Source of the DNA: an uncultured Holophagales bacterium
Lineage (GTDB): Bacteria > Acidobacteriota > Thermoanaerobaculia > Multivoradales > UBA5704
DNA: 64,000 nt
Assembly: GCA_963842525.1 (NCBI GenBank)
Contig: CAWJGT010000012.1
Span: 32,001 to 96,000, forward strand
Direction of reading: 5' to 3'
Under the pieces are notes generated by a model. That model had not been told where the DNA came from. It worked only from the letters and a program-made list of their open reading frames with translations, and searched no databases. Position 1 is the first letter of the stretch. Every line of letters starts with the position of its first letter. Of the stretch, positions 31,640 to 40,113 are shown in pieces. The translations under genes and the position numbers were made by a program.

Positions 31640-31817
31640 ATGAGCAGATTCCAGCGTCTGACGAATGTTCCGCATTGCGTGGCGATTGGACGAGATGGCG
31701 GCCTATTGGTCATGGTCCCGTATGATGAGGAGGGTGAGACGGTGACTCCCGTCACCGTGCATCTCGACGCGGCAGCAGATCACCCTTCGGCTGCGGACAG
31801 GGAGGTTCAGGGCATGA
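31640..31817 (+). pseudogene. Remnant of a DUF4258-like toxin gene
   Basis: VAIGR..LVMVPYDEEGETVTPVTVH, frameshift, ISTRQQITLRLRTGRFRA* overlapping the next ATG. Confidence 0.5.
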
Positions 31818-32044
31818 AACCGAAGATGGCGTACTTCTCCCAAGAGGATGTTCTGCACCTCGTGATTTCTGAAGAAGACTAGGCGAGCAGCATCGAGCTG
31901 AGCCCCAACATCACGGCGGAGCTCAACGACAAAGGCGAGCTGATCGGGATCGAGATCCTCCAGGCCAGCACCTTCGTGAGGGACGCCATCCTGGAGGGGG
32001 TGCAGGCGAAGGTGCTCCACCTCAGTGTTGCCGGTGACTCCTGA
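31814..32044 (+). pseudogene. DUF2283-family antitoxin with in-frame TAG
   Basis: MAYFSQEDVLHLVISEED*ASSIELSPNITAELNDKGELIGIEILQAS; stop at 31880-31882. Confidence 0.7.
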
Positions 32045-32134
32045 AGTGCCTCCGGCAGCTCTACGATGCCCTTCGTCATACTCCGACAGCGAGTTGGAGG
32101 AGATCCGGGCACGTCTTGCGGCGAGCTTTACGCT

Positions 32135-32933
32135 TTAGACTGAAGTTCCCTTCGATCTCCGCGAGTTTCTCGGCCTAAGTTTCTGATGATAAATCACTTA
32201 CGGCAGGCGCGCCGGCCGGGCGTACTGTCTACAAAGAGACGGTAACGCCGAGGAGAGAGAAGGCCTTCTGCTGAAGGAGCGTGGGGCTGGTGAGTTTGTA
32301 GAAGGCGGGGGCGACCGAGCTCTTCAGTTGGAGCCGGTTCTTGTTCAGAGTCGCCAGATTCTTGAGGAGGGTGGCGAAGCTTTGGATCGGCAAACCATCG
32401 GCAGTGCATCGAGTGCTTGCTTTGAGCAGAGCACTCGGCGAACGCTCTGCGGGCGCAACAATTGAAGCGCGCTGCCTCTCGCCGACCTCCGGTTCTTCGT
32501 CGTCAAAGAGAATCGGCGCCAGCTTTTGGCGCATGTGCCATTCGACATAGTAAGCCAGCATACAGAGGAACACATGGGCCCGCACACGCTCAGGCAACTG
32601 ATGGTAGATGGGCCGCACATGCAGATCAACGGTCTTGTAGCTGCGGAAGGCCCGCTCCACTGTGGAGAGATCCTTGTACGAGCGGATTGCATTCTGCGCC
32701 GAAAGCTCGCTCTCAGGCACGTCTGTCCGGATGACGTAGATCCCATCGAGTGCCGCCTCGGCAGCGATACGCTTCTCATTACGGGTGACCGTGAGGGTGT
32801 CCTCCGTGATCTTGAGCAGAAAATGCTTGGCGACTTTAAACCGATTTAAAACTTTGCCCGTCCGCAGAGCGATTCGATCTTTTCCGCGCAGAGGCTTCTT
32901 GGATCGCTTGGTCGCTTGAACGATTGCCGCCAA
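32135..32933 (-). mobile_element. IS1634-family element, 3' remnant (transposase C-terminal 234 aa plus right end)
   Basis: LDGIYVIRT, YKDLSTVERAFR, RPIYH..RVRAHVFLCMLAYY; end sequence GGGAACTTCAGTCTAA. Confidence 0.85.
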
Positions 32934-33219
32934 GGAGATCCTCGATCATCTCGCCCGACCCCTGGGCCACCGCCTCGACCTGGATCACCTTGCCGCCTGG
33001 GGTACGCACACGGCTCTCGTTGAAGCGCGAGGTCACCGCATTGATCCACTCCTCCCTCTCCGACCCGTAGGTGAAGAGGAGCTTGAGGGCATTGGGATCC
33101 TCCGCCTCCGCCCCGGAGGACGGGGCCGGCTCCTCCGTGCGCACTCTGCAGGCGACGAGCCCGCCGAGGAGCAGGAGGGCCAACCAGAGACCGCAGATCG
33201 CAGTGAGCTTTCGCGTCAT
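32925..33219 (-). pseudogene. 5' fragment of a solute-binding lipoprotein gene fused to the IS remnant
   Basis: Lipobox LVAC, LLFTYGSE..WI..FN..GSGEMIED, then abruptly joins transposase DNA. Confidence 0.6.
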
Positions 33220-33372
33220 CCTGAGCCTCTCTGGGTGGGAGGATTCTAGGGCGCTGCAACAGCGCGGAAACGGCCCTCGCAGGATTGTTGGCGAGATGTC
33301 ACAGGGCCGTCACTGAATTCCGCGAGCCGTACAGAACTGCTATCCTAGCCGTACGGCGAAAGGAGAGGCACG

Positions 33373-33609
33373 ATGGAGACGACCAAGCTGACTGTGCGCC
33401 TGCCCACAAGGGACATCGAATTTGCCAAGCGGTACGCGCAAGAACATCAGATCACGGTGACGGAGCTCATTGACCGATACCTCCGCCGCCTCCGGAAAGG
33501 CCCGGATTCCGGGATTCATCCGGAGGTGGAGAAGATCAGCGGTTTGGTGCCCGCCGATGTCGATGCGACAGCCGAGTTCCACGAGCATATGGCGAGAAAG
33601 CACCGATGA
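33373..33609 (+). CDS. Antitoxin, RHH/DUF6364-like
   Basis: TKLTVRL..IEFAKRYA..TVTELIDRYL; stop overlaps the PIN gene start. Confidence 0.8.
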   Translation: METTKLTVRLPTRDIEFAKRYAQEHQITVTELIDRYLRRLRKGPDSGIHPEVEKISGLVPADVDATAEFHEHMARKHR

Positions 33610-34027
33610 AAGTGATGCTGGACCTGAACGTTCTGCTGACGTCGTCCAGAGGCGAGAGCCGTTCTATGACGCTTCCGCCCACGTCCTGAGCCGGATGATC
33701 GACCGGGAAGTTGCCGGTTGCATCCCGGGCCACGCCTTGACCACGGTCCACTACATCGTGCGCCGCAGTACAGGTAAAGAACAGGCCGACACTCTGATTG
33801 ACTTGCTCCTTGCCCATCTCGACATTGTTCCCCAGGAGAGATCACAGTTCCTTCGCGCCAGAAACCTGGGATTCTCCGATTTCGAAGACGCCGTGCTGGC
33901 CAGCGCTGCCGAAGCGGGCGGGTGCGAGTACATCGTGACCCGTAATCTGTCCGATTTCGAGGCCTCACCAATTCCCGCGGTCACGCCCGAAGAGTTTCTC
34001 GTCCTCGCTGACGAGCGGTCCCTGTGA
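33606..34027 (+). CDS. PIN-domain (VapC-like) toxin, frameshifted near 33640
   Basis: MKVMLDLNVL..REPFY..DFEDAV..YIVTRNLSDF. Confidence 0.82.
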
Positions 34028-34464
34028 TGGCTGGCTACTCGGGTACGCCATTGGCGAAGAAGCTGGGCATCAAAGAGGGCAGCAGGATCTTCCTTTCTGG
34101 AGCACCCGAGAATTATTGGGACCTGGTGGTGCCGCTGCCCGCAGACGTGCGAGCGGTGGAGCGGATCGATCGGCACACGGATCTCATCCATATCTTTTCA
34201 ACGGAGCAGGTCGATCTCGCGAGCGCGCTCCGGACCGCCTTGGAACAGATGAGACCTGACGCTACGATCTGGGTATCCTGGCCGAAGAAGGCTTCGAAGG
34301 TGCCGACCGACATCACCGAAGACGTCATCCGAGAGGTGGCATTGCCGATGGGCCTCGTCGACGTCAAGGTCTGCGCCGTCAACGAGGTCTGGTCGGGTTT
34401 GAAGCTGGTGGTGAGAAAGGAAAACAGAGCCGCTCGGGCTGAGCGCCTTTTCACATTGGGCTAG
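34027..34464 (+). CDS. DUF3052-family protein
   Basis: MAGYSGTPLAKKLGIKEG, IWVSWPKKASK, LVDVKVCAV..WSGLK. Confidence 0.85.
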   Translation: MAGYSGTPLAKKLGIKEGSRIFLSGAPENYWDLVVPLPADVRAVERIDRHTDLIHIFSTEQVDLASALRTALEQMRPDATIWVSWPKKASKVPTDITEDVIREVALPMGLVDVKVCAVNEVWSGLKLVVRKENRAARAERLFTLG

Positions 34465-34680
34465 TTCTCGTCGGCGCGCGAGATTATTCGGATATCTTTG
34501 GCGCTCAGCTCGGCGGCGAAGTCGACGCTGATCAGCTCGCGCAACGGCGCCTCCGCCTGATGGGGATCGCCTTCGGTGCGGACGAGAAGAACGAACGATT
34601 CAGCAGGCGGGGTCTGGGCGATCGGCCGATAGACCGCCAGCTCCCCCGCCCGCAGATCGTATCCGAACGATCGGCCTTCA
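34461..34680 (-). pseudogene. Possible fragment of an ABC (MacB-like) permease
   Basis: Start-less reading frame LAVYRPIAQTPPAESFVLLVRTEGDP. Confidence 0.3.
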
Positions 34681-34682
34681 GC

Positions 34683-34991
34683 TCAGGAGTCGTGCTCGAT
34701 ACGCCGGAGAACAATTTGCGGATTACGCCGAATATGGAAGCAGCCGAGGATCAACACCCGATCGGATCGGACTACGTAGTAGAGCAGGTAGGGGAAACCC
34801 TGTACCGAAGCCCTCCGCACCTGCCGGTGAACGGCACGAAACATCAGCGGCGAATTGCCGAGTAGCTTGAGTAGATCGTCAACAGACTGGCGAAACTGGC
34901 TGCCGAGCCCCGACCGCTTGTTATCGTACCAAAGCTGGGCTTCCCGGAGGTCTTGCTCCGCCAGCGAACGGACAGCGATCTGATACTTCAC
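34683..34991 (-). CDS. RelE/ParE-family toxin
   Basis: AEQDLREAQLWY..GLG..F, RRASVQGFPYLLYY, CFHIRRNP. Confidence 0.88.
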   Translation of the reverse strand: MKYQIAVRSLAEQDLREAQLWYDNKRSGLGSQFRQSVDDLLKLLGNSPLMFRAVHRQVRRASVQGFPYLLYYVVRSDRVLILGCFHIRRNPQIVLRRIEHDS

Positions 34992-35209
34992 CGTGCCCGC
35001 TCAAGCCGGGCGCGGACCTCCTCCCAGGGGCTCTCTGCGTCGGGGTGCTCGTCCAGGTCGGCCAGACGGCGGTCCAACTCGGCCCTGTGGGATTCAGGGA
35101 AAGGGAGCTCTTGGGGCTCGGAGGCGACGGTATCCCAGATCGCCTCGACGAGCTCGATCCGTTCGGGTACGCTGAGCTTGGCTGCCTCGGCAAGCAGGGA
35201 CTGTTTCAT
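34988..35209 (-). CDS. Addiction-module antitoxin (TIGR02574-like)
   Basis: LSVPERIELVEAIWDT..ELDRRL..WEEVRARL. Confidence 0.9.
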   Translation of the reverse strand: MKQSLLAEAAKLSVPERIELVEAIWDTVASEPQELPFPESHRAELDRRLADLDEHPDAESPWEEVRARLERAR

Positions 35210-35389
35210 AGGGCTCAGTGTATCTCAACTTAGCCCCCGGGGCGGACCGAAGGTTCTAGTCGCGCGGACCGCGGTCCCTATCAGTGGTCCGAAAACGCGG
35301 CTCGGGTCTTCCGGTCCGCGTCACAGGGACCGCGGTCCTCCTGTGCGGACCACCCAGAATAGGTGGCTGGCACCTCTCCCTCTGGGTCG

Positions 35390-36271
35390 TTACTCCAGGC
35401 TGCCGCCCGAGACGTTGTTGGCGGCCGACCAGACGTAGCTCTTTCCACCGCTGCTCGGAATGTCGCACTGCTGTCTGGACTGGCCGACCTGGTATTTGCC
35501 GGTGAAGGTCGGGCACTCACACTGAATCGGATCGCCATCGGAGGGCGGCTGCTTCGCGCCCTCCGGGAAGAAACAGGGTGCGGTCATGCACCCCGCGTAG
35601 CGCCCCTCGCAGTGGGGGGTGGTGCCGATCTGATAGTCCGCGGCCATGGCGGTCATGCTGAAGGTCGAGATGAGGTCGGCCTTCGGCATCAGCGAGACGG
35701 TCGGGTCGTTCGGGTTCTGATTCTGGACGTACTGGCACACCGGCGCCTGCGGGAGCTGGCTGCATGTCGATTTGGTGCCGTCCTTGCCGCAAGTGGAAAG
35801 GTTCGCGCACCCCGAGCCGTCCTGGCCGCAGAGCTGCACCGTCTGCTGGTAAGCGCCGAGGTTCAGGATCCCGTTGATGTCGACGAAAGAGGGTCCCGCG
35901 GTGAACACCTGGCACGTACAGTTGGCGATGTCACCGTTCAACACGCAGGGCAGCGGCGGATTGTCGGGATTCTTGCCCGTCGGCGTCGGCGGGCCGGAGA
36001 AGAAGCAGAGGGCATAGGCGCCTTGATCGCAGTACAGCAAATTCGTCGGGCCCTCCACGACGTCTGCCCTCGCAGGGCCATGCTTTGTCGTCCAGCAGTC
36101 CGTGGGGTAGAACGGATAGTTACTGCAGTTTTCTCCTTCTGCACAAGGCGAACATGGGGCAGGGATAGCCGCCGTCTTGGTCGGCTGATGGGATGTGGCG
36201 CACGCCGTGAAAAGTATGGCCGTAACAGCAACTCCCAGGATTTTCGCCAGTACGCCTGCACTTGCCTTCAT
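35390..36271 (-). CDS. Cysteine-rich lipoprotein
   Basis: AAGGAG RBS, lipobox LFTAC, 20 further Cys in 293 aa. Confidence 0.8.
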   Translation of the reverse strand: MKASAGVLAKILGVAVTAILFTACATSHQPTKTAAIPAPCSPCAEGENCSNYPFYPTDCWTTKHGPARADVVEGPTNLLYCDQGAYALCFFSGPPTPTGKNPDNPPLPCVLNGDIANCTCQVFTAGPSFVDINGILNLGAYQQTVQLCGQDGSGCANLSTCGKDGTKSTCSQLPQAPVCQYVQNQNPNDPTVSLMPKADLISTFSMTAMAADYQIGTTPHCEGRYAGCMTAPCFFPEGAKQPPSDGDPIQCECPTFTGKYQVGQSRQQCDIPSSGGKSYVWSAANNVSGGSLE

Positions 36272-36446
36272 TGTAGTCTCTCCTTTTCTAGTGGATGAGG
36301 TTAGAGCCCATGCCGGTGCCCGAGCTTCGCAGCCGGCCGCCGCTTCCTTTATACCAGAGTGGGACGTGCCGAGCCTTTATCGCAGGCGGCGCGCCTCGAC
36401 GTAAGAATCGCCCCCCAGGCTGACCATGGGTGATAATGATTCTGAC

Positions 36447-37850
36447 ATGAACCTTCCTGCCGCCCTGGCCTTCCTCATCCTCGTCGCTTGCGGTCCCGCG
36501 GCCGGCCCGCCTCCGCTGGTGCTGAAGGACGTTACCGTGATCGACATGGTCGGCGCCGGGCCGCGGCCGGGCATGACTGTCGTGGTGCGGAACGGCCGCA
36601 TCGAGGCCGTCGCGCGCGAGCTCACCGTGCCCAAGGGGGTGCAGGTCGTCGACGCCCGCGGCAAGTTCCTGATCCCGGGCCTCTGGGACATGCACGTCCA
36701 CCTGTGGGACGCCGAGCGGCAGATGCCGCTCTTCCTCGCCAACGGGGTGACCGGCGTCCGCGACATGGCCAATCGGCCCGAGGTGGTGTTCCGGCTGCGC
36801 GAGGAGGTGAAGACCGGCAAGATTCCAGGGCCGCGGATCGTGGCCTGCGGGCCGCAGGTGGACGGCCCCGGCCAGGCTCCCGGGCACGCCATTCCGGTCT
36901 CCAACGCGGCCGAGGCACGGCAGGCCGTGCAGCGCCTGAAGGCGTTGGGCGCCGACTGCGTGAAGCCGCACGACCGCGTCCCGCGCGACGCGTACCTCGC
37001 CCTCGTGGACGAGGCGAAGCGGGCCGGCCTCCCCGTGATGGGCCACGTGCCCAACGAAGTCGCGCTGGAGGAGGCGTCGGATGCCGGCCAGCGCAGCATC
37101 GAGCACCTGGGCGGCATCTTCGACGCCTGTTCCTCGGCCGCGGCCGAGATCGGGCGCATGAAGTCGCTTCCTCCTCCCGCGGACCCCTCGGAGTTCCCGC
37201 AGCGCATCGCAGCCCGCGGCACGCTCGCCCTGGACACCTACAGCCCGGAGATCTGCGGCAGGCTCTTCGACCGCTTCGTCCGCAACGGCACCGCGCAGGT
37301 CCCGACCCTTGCAACGACCTACGCCCGCACCTTCATCGACGACCTCAGCCGGCAGGACGATCCCCGCCTGCGCTACATCCCGAAGGAGCAGTGGGAGCGC
37401 TGGAAGCCGGAGAACGATTTCTTCGCCCGCTTCCGCACTCCCGAGTACGTGGCCTATCAGAAGAGCTACTACGCCGAGACGCTGAAACTGGTCGGCGCCA
37501 TGCACCGCGCGGGCGTGCCCATCCTGGCGGGCACCGACCTCAGCCTCGCATACGTCTATCCCGGCTTCAGCCTGCACGACGAGCTGGCATTCCTCGTCGA
37601 AGCAGGTCTCCCTCCCCTGGAAGCGCTGAAGGCCGCCACGATCGGTCCGGCGCGCCTCCTCGGCCTGGAGAGCACCCTCGGCACGATCGAAGCCGGCAAG
37701 ACTGCCGACCTCCTGCTCCTCGATGCCGACCCCCTGGTCGACATCCGCAACACCCGACGCATCTCCGGCGTGGTCGTGAACGGCCGCTGGCTGGGACCGG
37801 ACGATCTGAAGAATATGCTCGATCAGGTCGCGGCCGACGCGGCGCGCTAG
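36447..37850 (+). CDS. Secreted or lipoprotein amidohydrolase
   Basis: LIPGLWDMHVH, GVTGVRD, SIEH, AGTD, GTIEAGKTADL; N-terminal LVAC. Confidence 0.92.
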   Translation: MNLPAALAFLILVACGPAAGPPPLVLKDVTVIDMVGAGPRPGMTVVVRNGRIEAVARELTVPKGVQVVDARGKFLIPGLWDMHVHLWDAERQMPLFLANGVTGVRDMANRPEVVFRLREEVKTGKIPGPRIVACGPQVDGPGQAPGHAIPVSNAAEARQAVQRLKALGADCVKPHDRVPRDAYLALVDEAKRAGLPVMGHVPNEVALEEASDAGQRSIEHLGGIFDACSSAAAEIGRMKSLPPPADPSEFPQRIAARGTLALDTYSPEICGRLFDRFVRNGTAQVPTLATTYARTFIDDLSRQDDPRLRYIPKEQWERWKPENDFFARFRTPEYVAYQKSYYAETLKLVGAMHRAGVPILAGTDLSLAYVYPGFSLHDELAFLVEAGLPPLEALKAATIGPARLLGLESTLGTIEAGKTADLLLLDADPLVDIRNTRRISGVVVNGRWLGPDDLKNMLDQVAADAAR

Positions 37851-37921
37851 GGCGAGATCCCGGGTGACAGAGCGTATTACGCCGTCTCCGCCCCCCCGCG
37901 GATTCCGCTCAATCGATACGT

Positions 37922-37956
37922 AAAAGGGGGCCAAAGCTGGCCTTCGGCCCCGTTTT
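37922..37956. terminator. Possible intrinsic terminator between convergent genes
   Basis: AAAAGGGGGCC...GGCCCCGTTTT. Confidence 0.5.
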
Positions 37957-37966
37957 CCGGAGAGCT

Positions 37967-38305
37967 CTAGATCGGCATCGGGCAGCCACGCTTGATCGGC
38001 GTCACGCACATCCAGCAGCCACTGTCATCCCCCTCGGGCGGGTTGCCACACATGTAGCAACAGAGCTGGCCCGTCGGGCACTGATAGCTGCCGGCGCAGC
38101 CGGTCATGAAAGAGGGAGCGGGAACCAGATCGTTGGGAGTCTGGGCCTGCGTGCCCGACAGGGTCGCCAGGAACGCAGCCACGTCAGGCGCCGGGGTTGC
38201 CACGGGATTCGAGGCAGGTACCTCCACCGGCGGCGTCTGGGCCATGGACTGCGCGAACGAGATGAGGGAAAGAAGGGCGAGAAGGAAAAGAACGGGCCTT
38301 TTCAT
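37967..38305 (-). CDS. Secreted prepropeptide with an 8-Cys C-terminal domain
   Basis: GGAG RBS, signal peptide, P/A-rich linker, C-x5-C-x5-CC-x2-C..C-x2-C..C. Confidence 0.75.
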   Translation of the reverse strand: MKRPVLFLLALLSLISFAQSMAQTPPVEVPASNPVATPAPDVAAFLATLSGTQAQTPNDLVPAPSFMTGCAGSYQCPTGQLCCYMCGNPPEGDDSGCWMCVTPIKRGCPMPI

Positions 38306-38539
38306 AGGTTCATCTCCCAGGTTGACGGGACCGGCAGGAAACCGGCCGCCTCCAAAGGCAAAGGTGCACTGGCGTACCCGGACCGAGACCTTCCAGCGCT
38401 ACGCCAGGAACAGCCTCCTGGCAGGAACCGCCGGCGTGCCGCTCACTCCTCTCCACTCAACATCTGCACGAACCGTTTCCGCAACTCCTTGTCGACGGCT
38501 GCGATGCGCGCCCGGAGGCGCCCTTCTCCCGCGGCGTCC

Positions 38540-38721
38540 TGGTCGGCCAGACGGCGCGGTCCAGCTCGGCCCTGTGGGATCCAGAGAAAGGGATCTCTTG
38601 GGGCTCGGAGGCGACGGGGTATCCCAGATCGCCTCGACGAGCTCGATCCGTTCGGATAGGCTGAGCTTGGCTGCCTCGGCAAGCAGGGACTGTTTCATAG
38701 GGTCTCAGTGTATCTCAACTT
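38540..38721 (-). pseudogene. Degenerate second copy of the addiction-module antitoxin and its promoter
   Basis: Near-identical to 35050-35231 (MKQSLLAEAAKLSL.ERIELVEAIWDT), frameshifted, toxin absent. Confidence 0.85.
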
Positions 38722-38765
38722 TCAGGCTCTTGACTCGCCACTGACCTGCTATCATTTTCATCACA

Positions 38766-39272
38766 ATGCGCTCCAGATCCCTGGTTCTTGCGGCCTTCCT
38801 GCTCACCCTCTGCCTCGCGGCTCTTGCCAGACCAACCGTTGCTGATGACCGGCCCGACGACAGCGCGGACGAGTCAGGGCCACACTTCACGCGCGCCCGT
38901 GAGCTGTACGCGCTTGGACCGACCAAAGCCGAAGAGATTATCGCGGAGCTTGACTTGGAGTTGCGCGAGCACCCGGAAAACGTCAAGGCCTTTTTGCTCA
39001 AGGCGACGACGCAGATGGGAATTGCGCGATTCGATGCCGCACTGGCGACGCTCGACCAGCTTTCCGACGTTGCGTCCAAGACAAAGACCATCTATCCCAA
39101 TGCCGTGCTGCTTCGTGCGCGGTGTCATTTCTACAAGGGCGATTATGAGACGGCGAAGCGGACGCTTGAGCCATTCTGGGCGTTCTTTCAGGATGACGCC
39201 GAGATCAAACCGCTCTACGACAGCCTCATGGCCGCTATCACGGAAAAGCTGCAAAAGCCGAAAGAAGAGTGA
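38766..39272 (+). CDS. Secreted TPR-repeat protein
   Basis: Signal peptide; HPENVKAFLLKA and LLRARCHFYKGDYETA TPR patterns. Confidence 0.75.
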   Translation: MRSRSLVLAAFLLTLCLAALARPTVADDRPDDSADESGPHFTRARELYALGPTKAEEIIAELDLELREHPENVKAFLLKATTQMGIARFDAALATLDQLSDVASKTKTIYPNAVLLRARCHFYKGDYETAKRTLEPFWAFFQDDAEIKPLYDSLMAAITEKLQKPKEE

Positions 39273-39489
39273 GGCGGACCGGCTGTGGCCTCTGGAAGGA
39301 CGTCGCAGCTGCTGCTGCACGTGATCCCGGGGGTGCTGGTCCTCACAACCCTGGCCAAGGCCTGGGGGCCGCTGAGCCGGACCTGAGCCGCTGGCACGAT
39401 CCGGAGACCGACCGGAGGTACTCTCTTGACGATCGGGTGTTCTGCCTGCCAGAGTCAAGCGTCTCTAAAAGCGCTCGGACAGGTGGAAA

Positions 39490-39793
39490 ATGGGCTCGAC
39501 GAAAAAGAGGCTTGGGAAGGTTCGCTTCTATATCGATCCGGAGACGGAAGAGCCACATATCTACGAGCATGGGGTCACCGAGGAGGAAGTCGAGGAGGTT
39601 CTACGCGAGCCAGGCGACGACTTCCCGGCGAGGAACAACTCTCGGATTGCTCTGGGCTCGACGAACTCCGGCCGGCACCTCCAGGTCGTGTACGTCCCTG
39701 ACTCCGACGCTCATGACGTTTTCGTGGTGACGGCGTATGATCTGAGAGACAAGGCCCTTACGGTCCTTCCGCCGTCGGAGGAGGCGCAGATGA
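39490..39793 (+). CDS. BrnT/DUF4258-like toxin (1-bp insertion ~39762 fuses it to the antitoxin)
   Basis: HIYEHGVTEEEVEEVL..ALGST..GRHLQVVY..FVVTAYDL; shifted frame ends FRRRRRRR* overlapping the ATG at 39790. Confidence 0.75.
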
Positions 39794-40032
39794 AGGCAAA
39801 CAAATTCCCTTCCGGCTGGGACGAGCAGCGTGTCCGGGAACTCATCGAGCACTACGATGGCCAGACGAACAAGGAGGCTGCCGCCGAGCACGAGGCCGCC
39901 TTGTCGAGCCCGGCTGGGACGCTCATGGAGATCCCCACGGAGCTGGTGCCTCTCGTACGAGACCTCATCGCCCGTCACGATAGGAAACGAGAAACCCGGA
40001 AGACGACCCGCGTACCGTCAAGCTCAAGGTGA
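39790..40032 (+). CDS. Putative antitoxin
   Basis: NKFPSGWDEQRVRELIEHY..MEIPTELVPLVRDLIA; ATGA coupling. Confidence 0.7.
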   Translation: MKANKFPSGWDEQRVRELIEHYDGQTNKEAAAEHEAALSSPAGTLMEIPTELVPLVRDLIARHDRKRETRKTTRVPSSSR

Positions 40033-40060
40033 CACGCTAGACGCCGAAGCTGCGCATCCA

Positions 40061-40097
40061 AGAAAAGGGCCCGTCATCCTGACGGGCCCTTTCTCTT
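40061..40097. terminator. Bidirectional intrinsic terminator
   Basis: AGAAAAGGGCCCGTCA-TCC-TGACGGGCCCTTTCT. Confidence 0.85.
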
Positions 40098-40113
40098 TGG
40101 AAGCGATAGAGCG

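Noticed and set aside
31880-31882. In-frame TAG in the DUF2283 gene as pyrrolysine or stop-codon recoding
   Set aside because: TAG terminates many normal genes in this window and the partner toxin is also broken; a GAG-to-TAG change is simpler
39490-40032. Natural toxin-antitoxin fusion protein (180 aa)
   Set aside because: Removing one base near 39762 restores an Arg-rich toxin end and the usual ATGA overlap
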